A stretch of DNA of 64,000 bases from Haliotis rufescens (lineage: Eukaryota): positions 37,634,001 to 37,698,000 of the forward strand of contig NW_025964334.1 of NCBI RefSeq assembly GCF_023055435.1, read 5' to 3'. Shown here piece after piece: positions 12,700 to 25,854 of the stretch. Positions within the stretch are counted from its first letter, which is position 1. Every line of letters begins with the position of its first letter. The translations under genes and the position numbers were made by a program. The notes below the pieces were generated by a model. It worked only from the letters and a program-made list of their open reading frames with translations. It was not told the origin of the DNA and searched no databases.

Positions 12700-15000
12700 T
12701 TAGCGTGTGAGTATATAAATATACAATTTATTAGAATATTTACAAATTTTTAAACTTATCCTATCTCACATTATGCAATTATCCCACGGTTGGATGGTGG
12801 GGCGCAGATACCCTAGCCTGTAACGACTTCAAGTGTGAGACGTACACGAGGAAGCTGGAACTAATCAAGAAATCTCAAAGGATTTTACAAGGATTAGTGA
12901 TAAACTCGTGTAAGGGTTGCTTCAAAAAAACCTCTTTGTGCTACCAAGAGATATCCATCATGACATCGGGGAATCATGTGTTCCATGGTTTCACACAGGA
13001 CGCCGTTCAAAGAATGACCGCATAACCATGAGCCAGGCAACACCTACTCGGTCACGACTTAACCTCACCCCGGATAAGAGGAGGTGTTTTGTTTCAAACA
13101 CCCCGTCCCCGGCGTAGGTTCTACAAGACAGACCTCACACATACGCTTCCAAGGACGTAAGGCGGAACAGCTTGGCATTTATTTTTATCGCTTCGTCAAT
13201 CTATCAAACTCACGTAGAGATTGAATAAGGTAAGAACGAGAAGAGGAACGATTGACGATATCCGTTTATCACACAGTTCTTCAATCAACTACTGAGACAT
13301 CACATGTGCAAAGACAGAGGTGAGCAGGTAGAAGATGGGGACACCATTTAAACATATGGCCGCACCGGATCGTGACTTCTGTTGATGTAGATCCGTTTTT
13401 CACACAGGTCTTCAATTAACTACTGTGACATCACATGTGCAAAGACAGAGGTCAGCAGGTAAAAGATTCGGACGCCGAAAGTTTAGTTCCTCCCATGATA
13501 TTGTCAGAGTATCGACTGACCAGGCTAGTGGGTCCTGCGCTGGTGCCACAAAGTTATCTGACGCAAGTAGGGTTACTAGTAGACAACCTTTTCTTTTATT
13601 GCAAAGTTGGAATGCTTCGGCCCTATCCATTCTGTTGGTGATAGTCTGGTTGGTCTGGATAAGGTGTCTGCTAATCCATTTGCCGCTCCCGGTATATGTC
13701 TTGTCTTTATCGCTAAGTTGAGCTTGTCTACCAAAGGTGAAAAGTCAACTGTAGGAGGGTCTCTGATTACATCGTGTCTTGATGGTGTATAGTGTATGCT
13801 ACAGTTGAAATGAGTGTCCCGATCATCAGACGTTGGTTTCTTGACTGTGGGGTCCAATGAAATATTATCCGGATTACAGCCTCCAGATGATTGATGTGGT
13901 ATAGCTGTCTGCTTCTGACCATAGGTCTGATGTTACTTCCAAGTTGAAGTGAGCTCCCCGACCTTGAAGTGAGGTATCCATGAACAGCAAGGTTAGAAAT
14001 TGGCACTAGACCTACAGTCCCAGCCAAAACGCCCAATAGAAAAGGTATCCAAAGGACTAGTAGAATTTTGCCAGTTTAAAGGTTTCGCTATATGCTATCA
14101 TTATAAGGACTAGTGGACTGAAACTGTTAGTTTCTACCGCTGAACAGGTGGTTGTTGTATTCCGGAAACAATCGATTCCACTGTCCATCACAAGAGGTGT
14201 TTCATCAATGTGTTCTGGCACTAGGATGTTAGTCTGGCTCATTAGACTTGATCCCAAGGAATGGAGATCCTGGAATGGTTGTATGTCGGACTTCTGATAA
14301 TGTATTAACCAACGTAGTAAAGATCTTCTCAGTAAAGCACATGCTCGTACTTTATGGGGTTGAGTCCCGTCCGGGATTCGAACCCACACTGCCAGAGTAA
14401 AGGACCTAATCGCCAACGCACAAAGTCAGCGATCTAACCCATTCAGCCACCGAAGCTTCCTGCAGGTAAGTCGTACCAGCGGACGAGTTCTTGATCGGAC
14501 GATATGTCGATGTATCGGTTTATCCATGTGTCGACGTATCGATGTATCGATGTGTTGATGTATCGATGTGTATCGTAGAGTGGAGATCCCTCGGTATCGA
14601 TCTGTAGGAGAGGCGAAACTGTCGATCCTCCGATCGGACTGTCCCAATATTAGCGTCTTGTCGATAATGGTGAAGTATGTCGATAATGGTGAAGTAAGGT
14701 GATCTATGATCCAACGAAGGATGACGGTCCTGTCGATCCTCCGAGGTACGATCTGGTGAACTGTCGACATGGTAGTCCATGTGTCGATGCATCGATGTGT
14801 AACGTCGAGTGGAGATCCCTCGGGTATCGATCTGAAGAAAAGGCGAAACTGTCGATCCTCCGAGGTACGATTTGGCGAGATATCCATCCAAGAACAGCGT
14901 CTTGTCGATAATGGTGAAGTATGGCGATTTGTCGATCTCTTGATCACTCGGTCGTTATGATCCAGCGAAGGATGACGATCCTGTGAATGAAGATCCGTCG
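12700..15000 (-). mobile_element. Decayed DIRS-like retrotransposon (low-complexity gag-like region, RNase H, MT-like domain, ICR end)
   Basis: RNase H terminus RHIPGAANGLADTLSR..SPTEW is followed by FVAPAQDPLAWSVDTLTISWE, typical of the DIRS MT-like domain. Terminal homology to 213-376. Confidence 0.75.
14360..14458 (-). mobile_element. tRNA-like (Pol III A/B box) short insertion
   Basis: TGGCTGAATGG (A box), GGTTCGAATCC (B box) and hairpin ATCGCTGAC/GTTGGCGAT. There is no proper acceptor stem. Confidence 0.6.
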
Positions 15001-15574
15001 TCAGTTGGCTGTCACTTCATCGCCGACGATTGTAGTGTTTTCGGTCAGGGGAGTTGTCGCCATTAGAAAGCCGGAGAGGTGTAGCTGTATCCCCTGAGAT
15101 GTGTTGGTTTATCGCCCCCAGAAGTCCCATTTCCAGAGCAACGTCATTGTCTGTCCATTGTTGTTCATTACTATATATGTGTTACCATTACACGGTGTTA
15201 GTCAAACTTGGTATTCCGAGTGCTAGTGTGGACGACCTCGCGCAGGATGTGCCGCTCGTAGGAAACGTCCTGAGGTTGAGCTGGAGCTCCCCTCACCTCA
15301 TGTATGCCTGAGCTGGAAGGCCCGCTCATCGCTGTGTTTGTGTTGTCTGAGCAGGTATTCCGTTCACTGTGCAATTATTATTCAATGATGACATGTTGTG
15401 CATAAGCGTTCCGGGTCAGTGATGTCGATTGTGTCCTATATTCCCCCAAGAGCTAAATCCCCGTCAACATTCGCGTTGACAGTCCCAACAACCAGGTCAT
15501 TATGATCTCAGCACCTAGCGCTTATTGTTACGGCTTGAGGGAAAAGAAACAGACATGAGCAGACAGGGTGATAT

Positions 15575-16742
15575 GTATATGTTGAATTTTCCGTTTTCTC
15601 TAGGATATCAGATACAATTATATGTATGTTAAGAAACGACGACAATGTCGTACATATTTATGTATGTGGTTTATTATTAAAGATATTACGAGTGCATAAA
15701 GCCCTACCTAACCTGATGTATTACTAGCCTAAGGCTATTAGATGTAGATTTTGTCGCTTCACACTGATTAGAATTAGAATACAATGAACTGCGAGATATT
15801 TTTTTAAACAATACTTCCAAGTAATGTTCATTTCATTTTCGACTGACGACAAACAAACCAATGCTCTTTTTATCAATCATACTTAACTTTGCAAATACAT
15901 AATTTGGTAAAACCGAAGAAAATACTCATATAATACTATAAAAAGTTTATATAATTGAAAGCAATCATTTTCTTTCTTTAATAAATCTTCTCACTTCTAT
16001 GCAAGACTAATATAATATTTGCATGCCGTCCAGACATATGACTCCAATTTGAGGGGTTTTGAGTGGAAATAATTGTGAATGTTGTACTTTGTAAATGAAC
16101 ATGGCATTCTATGGGTTAATGTGCAATAAGAATACCGTGACGTCACATGTAACATTCAAGTATGAATGAATAATGAATTGCGCATGCGTGTTGTATGGTG
16201 TGGGTCTGATGCTCGCATCACTTCCCTTACAACAAGGAAGAAGCCATAGGCAGGAGAGGTGGGTTACAGTGAGTTTGCTGATTTCTATATATTTGTATGT
16301 ACATGAAGGCTTAATGTGTTATTAACATGTATGATATCAGATCCAATCAAACCTTAAGAAACGATGATAACGGCGTGTGTATTTTTGTGGTTTATTGAAA
16401 AGCGATAATCAGATAGTAAGCGTGCTTTAAGCCCTACTCAATAAACTTTTTAAGCACCAATGTCTAGGACGTCCATGTTGTGGCTTCACTTAAGTTTAGA
16501 AACATTATCTACGGAACCTCTAATCAACATTATTTAAGACAATTCGTTCAAGTAATGATCATTTTTCACTGATGACTGACAACACAGTTTTTTCATCATA
16601 TAGAAATGGCCAATATATATTTTGGGGATGCTATAAAAACATACTCATAGATAGAGTTAGTATCATTGAAAGGAATCCTTTTCTCTCTTTAAAGCTTTCT
16701 ACAGACTAACATACTTGACTAATATAATATTTGCATGCCGCC
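15575..16742. repeat. Diverged ~450-bp direct repeat (about 15575-16030 and 16290-16742)
   Basis: Shared blocks GATATCAGAT, AAGAAACGA, AAGCCCTAC and GACTAATATAAT..TTTGCATGCCG in the same order. Confidence 0.7.
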
Positions 16743-16794
16743 AAGATGTATTACTCGAGGTAGTGACAATTATAGAGATTTGAGTAAATTGTTT

Positions 16795-16825
<31 letters not shown>

Positions 16826-16902
16826 CTTATTCCGTATGTAAGGCCATGTGGCCCATAGTACAGTTCAGTTTCAACAAGTACAGTTAAGTCTCGTTAAATG
16901 TA

Positions 16903-17705
16903 TTGAAATGTATTCAAGAAAGTGAATATTCCACAGGAGAAAACACTGATAATAATAGTAATACTATTGATGCAAATCAGGTTGATGATGATGATGATGT
17001 GTTGAAATGTGACTCTATTATGTCATCCTCTGATGTTACAAATGGCACAGTCACTCTTATCCAAAATAATTTAGTTGCAACAAAATCTATTTTTCATATG
17101 TCTGAGGTTCCTTCTGATCACCCCCCAAAATTGACTGCATAAACAAGCAGGTAAATAATAGGGCCAATGATATTGCTAAACATAATAACATTGCAGAGAG
17201 TTGTATTCCAGAAATAATACTGGTGAAAATGATAATACTAATTATGCAAATCAGGTTGATGTTGATGCCGGGGATGACGATGATGATGATTCTGATTATG
17301 ATGATGATGATGATGTGTTGAAATGTGACTCGAATATACCATCCCCTGATGTTACAAATGACACAGTCAATCTTATCCAAAATATCTTATTTGATACAAA
17401 ATCTATTTTTCACATGTCTGAGGCTCCCATTGAACACACCCAAACAATTGACTGCATAAACAAGCAGATAAATAATAGGGCCAATGATATTGCTAAGCAT
17501 AATAACATTGCAGAGAATTGTATTACAGAATGTGAGTATTCCCCGGGAGAAAACACTGGAAATAATAATAATAATATTGATGCAAATCAGGCTGGTGATG
17601 AAGATGAAGATGATGATGATGATGTGTTGAAACCCTCGGAGACAATACTGGTGATAATGATAAAAGAAATGATGCAAGTCAGGTTGATGATGACGGAGGT
17701 GGGGG

Positions 17706-17748
<43 letters not shown>

Positions 17749-17779
17749 ACAGATAGTGATGATGCTGATGATCCTATAA
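16903..17779 (+). repeat. Asp/Asn-rich coding-like tandem repeat (~300-bp units) with (GAT)n, directly upstream of a LINE endonuclease
   Basis: The peptide GEN..NNN.IDANQ..DDDDDVLK recurs three times; two units continue CDS...TKSIFHMSE. Confidence 0.7.
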
Positions 17780-17799
17780 TTAGAAATGATATTATTATA

Positions 17800-20700
17800 A
17801 ATAGGTTCTAGGCTTAAATGAATGTGGACTTAGAAAACGATTGGAGTATAAAGAATTTAATAACCTGCTTAAAAGTAGAGATACATGTATAATTGGCCTT
17901 CAAGAGACAAAAACTGATTCCTTGGATTACTTACAAATTGATGGATATAATCTATTTCTTAGAAAAAAGAAAATCAGGGGGTTTAGGTATTGCAATAAGA
18001 AATAAATATGTAAATTATATTGCTCCTAATTATTTAACTTGGACCAAGATTTCTACTTAGGCAATGCCTACATCCCCCCCCTCCCCTCGCCCTCGCTCGC
18101 GTGAATCAAACCATGTGACCCACTTTCCGTCAACAATCTTGTCTTTCACGTCGGTGTCACACAAAGGTAGATCTGTGGTGAATTACACCATTGTACCCCA
18201 TGAACAGTTACATGATATAGTTGACTTTAATGTACACCTTATGACCGAAGTACTCAATATTACATACCAAGTTGGCTGTGGCACTATACCTTGATAAACA
18301 TAACCTTCAACCGGCCAGTGAAACGCACTTGTAACAACTCTGATCGAAATACAGCAATCACAACCGAGAGTATCCCGAGATATCACGCTACACACCTACC
18401 TGAAGATTTTTTGAACGATGAAACTACTGAAGCCACCGTCCATGAAACAATTCGGAAGATAGAAGAATCCTTACAGGCTGATCAAGATATGAACTCTCTG
18501 CATACCAGACACTGACTGAATTCATACAGCACGAAAATTTAATGAATATCAAGTTAAAGAGAATTAGAAGTGAACAGGGTGACAGCAACAATAAACTCTT
18601 CTGTAGAAGAATGCCTTATTTTGGACCGAGGAATTGCAGTGTTTATGGAGCAGTCTATGTAAGAAGGAAAAGCAGTGTCTTTCGTTTAAAGGCTGTGCTC
18701 ATCAGAAACGTAACCTAAAGGGGGACTTTCAAACTGAGAGAAAAAAACTTTGATAAACTAAACCGGAAATCAAAGAGACGCTATCAACAGTGTAAGCAAC
18801 AAGAACTGACTGATCAGAATGTGAATAACGGGAGAGATTTCTGGAAGAAGATTGGCCCCCTTGGTTTAGCAAATGACAGGAAATCGACTGATGTTATCCC
18901 CATGGAAACGTTAGACCACGACGGGTCCGTGATAAGTGATACTGATGCCGCACTAGACCCTTTGGAAAAATTCTTACTGCACGCTTTATAACGGTACCCA
19001 GAACACGGACTTCGACCAAGTTCAGCATGATTTCGTAAGTGAACGTGTGCGTCACGGTTCAGCTGAGACGTATCGGATCTGAACTGTCCAGTGTCTGTTC
19101 GGGAAGTGGAATCAGCAGTTATGCAGATGAATACGGGGAAAGCGTCTGGGCAAGATGGAATTCCCATATAAGTCTTACGAAACCGACACTGTATAGATTT
19201 ATTATTCCGTATAATAAATAATTGTTTTGAACGATCAGTGTCACCATCTCAGTGGGAAATCGGTCTAATAAAGCCCATACCAAAGGAAAAAAGTGTACCC
19301 ACAGACCCGTTATCATATCGTGGTATCACCCTTATTTCCATACCATTTAGGGTGTAACTAGAAAAACGGCTTGAAAAAAACTGTATACAGTATTGGCTGA
19401 AGAGCAAAATGGCTTCAGATCTGACAGAATTTGTGTTGACCACTTGTATGCTCTGTATAACGTTATTAACAACCGTAAAACTTCAAAGTTGTCAACTTAT
19501 GTGTGTTTTGTTGACATTAAGAAGGCATTTGATAGAGTTGATCGAACGTGCCTATGGTACAAACTAATGTCAGTCGGTATACGTGGCAAAATGTTAAAAG
19601 CTATTCAAGGTTTATACATGAATGTGACATGTTCCGTAAAGCTAAATGATTTTAACACAGATTATGTTAATGTAACGCTTTGTGTAAAACAAGGATGCAA
19701 ATTGTCGCCCACATTGTTTTCCATATATATTAATGACCTCGTCACTAAAATTAATGCGTTAAAGGGTGGTATTGAAATTGATGATTCTATTCACTCAATA
19801 TTGTTATATGCTGATGATATTTCCCTGCTTGTCGCGGATGAGAACTCCAGGAAATGTTTCATGTTCTAAATAATTGGTGTAAAAATGGTTTTTAAACATA
19901 AATTCATAGAAAACAAAAATAGTTCATTTTAGGAATAAATCTGTAACCAAATCTGAGCGGGTTTTCTTCTGCGGTGAACATGTTGTTCTGTATGCTTGTA
20001 CTTATAAGTATCTGGGATTGATTTTTAATGAACATCTTGATATGCATAAAACCGTTAAACTATGTAAATCAGCCAGTAGAGCTCTTGCTGCTTTGTACAC
20101 AAAATTTATTCAGGCTGGTGGCATGTCTTATGATGTTTTTGACAAGCTTTACAAAGCTCTTGTTGAGCCTGTATTATTTTATGCAGCTGGTATTTGGGGT
20201 TTAAATACATATAAAGAGATTGAAGTAGTTCAAAATATAGCCTGTCAACTATTTCTAGGAGTAAAAAAGAATGCATCCGTTATTGCTATGAGAGGTGATA
20301 TGGGATGGGGATCTGTGAAGGTCACACAACTGACTGAATGTTGTCGGTTATATTTTAGGCTATATAATATGCCTCATTCGCGTATCCCCTATGTTGATCA
20401 CAAATGGTCTTCTAAGAAATTACAGTCCTGGGATTAAAGATTTCTTAAGGTTTTAACTCATTTTAATGTGGACGTCTTATTGAGATCGGGTTGACTATAA
20501 AACAATGCATCGCTCATGTTAGAAATGTTCTCACTTCTGATGATAACGATAAATGGCTTGCCGCTGTATGGGATAACAGAAATAAACCAAACCAAATTAC
20601 GAACTTATAGAACTTATAAATGTTTCCCTGATGCCGATTTTTTGGTCAAGAATGTAAAGTTCAAGGATCACAGAAGGATTTGAGCGGAAATCTACCACTG

Positions 20701-20990
20701 CATATTGAGACCGGCCGATACTCCGAGCTTCCAACACCTTTGTCTCAAAGAATATGTAAATATTGTATATACTCTAATGAACACGATGCTCCCCCCACCT
20801 ATATTGATGATGAATGTCACTTTATGATGGTTTACGTTTTGTTTTTTTACAAGAAGCTTTGGCTATGAACAGAGAATTTTAAAATTTAGGCAGCTCAGGC
20901 AAATTGATTTAAGAACGAGGAATCACTGCAACATATTCTAGCTAAATGTCTATAATATATGTTTAAAAGAAGACAAAACTATAAACGTTA
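17800..20990 (+). mobile_element. CR1/L2-group LINE ORF2 pseudogene (APE endonuclease + RT + C-terminal Cys region)
   Basis: GLQETK, SGGLGI, GRSVVNY, EEQNGFR, FVDIKKAFD, KQGCKLSPTLF, LLYADD and LHIETGRY..CKYC..DECHF, with many frameshifts. Confidence 0.9.
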
Positions 20991-21079
20991 ATTATCATTA
21001 TTATTATAATTATTATTGTTATTTAAAAAAGTAAAACACCACTTTTATTTTTAGTAGTATTGTATATATATAATATTTA

Positions 21080-21860
21080 ATTTATTATTATTATTATTAT
21101 TATTTACAGATTAAAATTATAAATGCAGCAAAGAGGGTTTGGGTGATTCTGGCATTGTTAGGCTGGTTAGGCTCATCATCAGCTCAGGGCCTTTTTGCTC
21201 CTTCTACACGCAGCCCAGACTTCTCCCAGGAAGCGCTGCCTAGTCAAACCCAACCAGAACTTTTCGGAGAATGTGAAGACTGCCCAACACTGCAGTCTTC
21301 TGCATTACCCAGATTGTCAGAAGGGCTGTATTCCTGGTAGCAAACCCGGGTACTATCCCAATGTCAGTCAACAGACTGGGAGGTACCAAACCTAAGGCGC
21401 CGAAAACAATCGGGAGTCGGATAACTTGGTACTTGGGATGCAAGCGTGACATTTCGAAAGCGAGGTCCGCATATTTGACATGTTTTTCCTCAATCTTGTC
21501 AATCACATTACTGTCAAATGGGTCAGAAAATTCAATGATATAAATAATTTCATTGGATTTATCAAAAAGGACAAGATCAGGTTTGTTGGCCTGGATATGT
21601 CTGAGGCTGTATACGGGCCTATTCTAAAGAATTGTGTATATATCATTTTCCATGACGCCCTCTCCATATTCCGGGTCGTACTATGGATGGATCTCTGTGT
21701 CAAAACCACAAGCATGACGAGGACGGTAATAATATGATCGAGCCACTCCATCAAGTCGCTTAAGATACTGTGTCTGTGCCAAAGCTGTGCATCCACTCAC
21801 AATGTGTTGGACAGTCTCATTAAATTCATTACATAATCTACATTTCATATTCACATTTTG
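21080..21860 (-). mobile_element. 3' end of an R4/Dong-clade non-LTR retrotransposon (zinc knuckle + restriction-like endonuclease)
   Basis: CRLC..ETVQHIVSGC, RPDLVL..IIEF, KHVKYADL, PIVFGALG and MQKTAVLGSLHILRKVL. The 3' end runs into (TAA)n. Confidence 0.88.
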
Positions 21861-22200
21861 ATGCAAAATCACACATTGACTTTCACAACTGACCGAAGCT
21901 TTTCACAAAAATATCAAACAATCGCCAAAAGAATTTTGGAAATATTAAATAAACAACGTACAACAGAAAAGAAAAATATATCGGATATTGCTAGCTTCTT
22001 TGAATTTAAAAATAAAATAAACCAGAACCCCAAACAAGACGAAGAAGATTTTAATGATTATGTTTTAGACGGGAATGTAAGTGACTGCAGTATTTTGATT
22101 GATGATATCAATACCGGTGAAATTATCAAGGCAGCAAAGAAACTTACACAGTACAAAGCAGCAAGTCTAGATAATGTAGAAAACGATTATATCATTGACA
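21860..22200 (+). mobile_element. LINE ORF2 linker / pre-RT fragment
   Basis: INTGEIIKAAKKL..KAASLDNVENDYI resembles the pre-RT motif of CR1/L2 LINEs. Confidence 0.6.
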
Positions 22201-24589
22201 GTGTCGTTTTATAAGTCCCTTTATATCCTGAATAAGTTCGTTTAAAAACCAGACCCCAGTACTTACATTGATCTACTACTTCAACAACATTATCGCCTAT
22301 CCTAAACACATTATTGTTCTTTCTTGATCCAAATACAACCACCTTAGTTTCATCAATATTAATATTCAATTTCCATTGTTTACAATATTCATAAAAAACA
22401 GTCCTGTTATTTTGAAGGTCATGGGCGTTATCTGCAAGTATAATAGTATCATCTGCATATAGCAAAACAATAATATGTTTACAGATTCTAACTACTTCAT
22501 CTTCCGATATAACATCAATACCTTTACATATTTTCTGTTGTAGATATTCTTCAAGGTCATTTAGGTACAGGGAAAAGAGAATTGGCGATAGATTTTCCCC
22601 CTGTCTAACTCCTATATCACCAGAGAAAAACGATGAATTTTCACTAATAGCAACAACACACGACTTTATGCCTTGATACATGTTAAATATGATCTGGAAG
22701 CATTTACCTTGTACATTTGTTTTTATTATTTTTTGCCAGAGTCCAAAGCGCCAAACGTTATCGAAGGCCTTAGAGAAATCTATAAATCGACAAAATAGTT
22801 TCTTTTTGTGTGCCCTGAGGTATTCAGTGAGGGAGTGTAATACGACCATGTTTTCAACAGTAGAATATCCGTATCGAAATCCTCCTTGTGATTCTGATAA
22901 CATTATTATTTTCTAGATAATTATTAATTCTTTCACTTGAAATAGAAGTAAACAATTTACCAAGGCAGCTTAAAAGAGTAATGGGTCGGTAAGAGTTCGG
23001 GTCTTTACGATCACTTTTTTAATAAAAAGGTTTGGTCAATCCGAGGAGCCATTCTTCTGGTAAGATGCCTGTATCAAATATAAATAATTTATGATACACT
23101 TGGATAAACAAATCAATAGTATATTTCAAATATTAATTTAGGATTTCATCTATTCCCGGCGATTTATTTGTCTTAAGATTCGAAACTGCCTTCGTAATTT
23201 CTGCTATTGTTATTTCCTTGTTAAGGATGTGGTCATCGTTTTCGTCAACTTGCAATTTCTGGAAATGTATTGATATTTTTTAAAAACGTAAAAAAAAAGC
23301 CAAGTCAAGATCAAATTCCTCTGGTTTCTTCCAATAATCTTTAGGGGACTTTGTACGCATATTTTGCATCGTTTTCTGCATATTAAAACGGTACTGTTTG
23401 ATATACTTATTCATAACCTTCTTATATTCTTTGCTGGACATCAATAAAGATTTCCTATTTTGTTGCGACTTATGGCTACCATACATTCGTCTTGCCTGGT
23501 GATAATTCTTACCAGCCGTTTTATAATTTTTTCCAGACCTTTGTTTATCCGTAGATTTAGGTTTATAATCATTAGGTCTGTTAACATTATCTGATATTTG
23601 TAATGATGATAAACGGAACACTTCTGCTAGTTTACCACAATATTGTTGATGAACGTTTTATCATAATCACGTCTATGGTTCATTTCATATAAAATAGTGT
23701 CAACTTGGGTTACATCAATATTATTTATAAAATCTATTTTCTTCTCAGGATTCCATTTTCTTTCACTGGGCTTCCAACTGTGCATATCTTCAGTGACGGC
23801 AACGTTGAAATATATAGAGAGACCACAGTGTAAATCTGAATATAAATTACAAAACTCCATCACTTCAAAGTCAATAACAACATTAAACAAATCCTTTGTA
23901 CACATGAAATAATCCACTGTGCTAGCGTTTTTACAGGTAACGTTTCCTGTATACTTATCTTGTCCAAATCTTCCATTGCATATTAACATATTAAAACTTT
24001 TACATAATTCAATTAATTTGTAACCCAAATTTTTTGTGTGTTTATCTTTATTAACCCGTTTAGGGCTTATGCTTCCAGTTGTGAAAACATCTTCTAGTAC
24101 ACTAAGATCTCTCTCATATACACCATCAAGACCAAAATATTCGCCGAGGAAGTCATCAACTTCAACATAGTCAACAAGTTCGGCTGTTCGAGCATTAAAG
24201 TCACCTGTTAAAGTTATCAGTTCAGAACATGATCGTTGATAGACAACTTCTCTTGTCAATTCAGCCCACATATCCTCGTGTGCGAATGATGAGTTCTCGG
24301 ATGGTAGGTAGACAGAGCCAAGACACTGTCAGTTTTCATAAGTTCTTTTGATACACTACACCAAAATACATATTCGCAGGTGGCAGGTAATACATGTGTA
24401 TGTTTTCTTATTAGATCACTAATAATAAACGCAAGTCCACCAGATTTAGCTGTAGTCTAGTAAGTCATATTTGTCAAGTTTTGTCTCACAAACACCATTA
24501 AAATGGTAACTATGGATCATTTGAACAAATTTTGGGTAATTTAATTTTGGTAACAGGCCACCAACATTAATAGCACAGTATTTCAGGGT
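22200..24589 (-). mobile_element. CR1/L2-group LINE ORF2 pseudogene
   Basis: NVGGL..CETKLD, LTGDFNART, ICNGR, STVDY, ESQGGFR, FIDFSKAFD, GVRQGENLSP and LLYADD. Confidence 0.92.
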
Positions 24590-24862
24590 TGGTTGGTTGG
24601 TTGGTTGGTTGTTAAACGCCGCACTCAGCAATATTCCAGCTATATGACGGCGGTCTGTAAATAATCGAGTCTGGACAAGACAATCCAGTGATTAATATCA
24701 TGAGCATCGATCCACGCAATTGGGATCCGATGCTATGCATCAACCAAGTCAGCGAGCCTGACAACCCGATCCCGTTAGTCGCCTTTTACGACAAGCATAG
24801 TCACCTTTTACGGCAAGCATAGGTTGCTGAAGACCTATTCTACCCCGGAATCTTCACGGGTC
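24590..24862 (-). mobile_element. SINE family A, complete copy with TSD
   Basis: 14-bp TSD CAGTATTTCAGGGT at 24576-24589 and 24863-24876, with a (TTGG)n tail. Confidence 0.95.
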
Positions 24863-25486
24863 CAGTATTTCAGGGTGTCGGTTATGTCGACGTTGTTATT
24901 ACCTAAGTTTCCCGACTCCCGAGTCGGCTGATAGTTGGATATCACAACGGCTGCAGAGATAAACTTTGCTTAACAATAAACAATTAATGCTTTAAATAAA
25001 GAAACAGAATTAATCACTTACTTAGATTACCTCAATCTCATTAAAATCAGATACAAGTTCTCGCTATCGCCGAGGACATCCCATTACAGGTAACGTTAGA
25101 TGAACCTTTCGCAAACTATGACCGACGAACGTTGGTACTTCTTAATTCCGTTTATCCGACATACTCGTTAATCCGACATAATCATATGCAACCAGCCATG
25201 TCGGACTAACGGGTACATGGAAATCAAGGGGATCTTGAACATAGCATAATGTATATTCACCTTAGTCTAAATACATGTTTTAAATACATAATTGCTAAAG
25301 ATTTGATAACATCTTCATTGTTGGAATTCGGGTAATTAATCATTAATTTATCGTCTTTATGTGTAACATCTAAATTAGATATAAACTTTGTTCTCAACGT
25401 TTTACATTTTTCACAAACCTGAAACTCGTCACCAATCTCCGGTTTGGTACAATTAGTACGTATACAATTTTCTTGTTTCTACGACA

Positions 25487-25854
25487 AAGGCAGGGCGGGA
25501 CAACTTAGGAATGGCCAGGAGTCCGAACTTGACCACACAGAAGGAAGCGAGCTACAAAAACATGTTTTATATCACTGGAAAGCTCTCGAGGAGACGAATC
25601 CAAATAATGTGTGTCCCAGTGTGTTCACATGTTCATAAGCTCAAAAATTGGCTCAGAAAATGCATTACTGCAGAAATTTCTGGCCGAATTTTTTTTTTCT
25701 GCAGAAATTTCTGGCAGTATTTTTTTTTTCTACAGAAATTTCTGGCCGAATTTTTTTTTTTCTACAGAAATTTCTGGCCGAATTTTTTTCTGCAGTAATA
25801 TTTAGCAGAATTATTTTAATTCAGGAGAAATAAGATTCAATCATTGGATAGTTT
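25487..25854 (+). repeat. Left TIR (368 bp) with internal ~29-bp CAGAAATTTCTGGC repeats
   Basis: Reverse complement of 34314-34681, with about 2 mismatches seen. Confidence 0.97.

Noticed and set aside
14426-14960. Arg/Ser/Asp-rich host protein ORFs
   Set aside because: The sequence is low-complexity, TCGA-rich and internally duplicated, at the gag position of the decayed DIRS element.
24765-24862. Canonical HDV-like ribozyme at the SINE A head
   Set aside because: There is no P3/L3 with the CC needed for P1.1 before the ACGGG strand, so the topology does not fit. It is kept only as an unclassified fold.
25444-25833. Phe-rich ORFs duplicated at 34335-34739
   Set aside because: They are translations of the TIR and its internal poly-T repeats.
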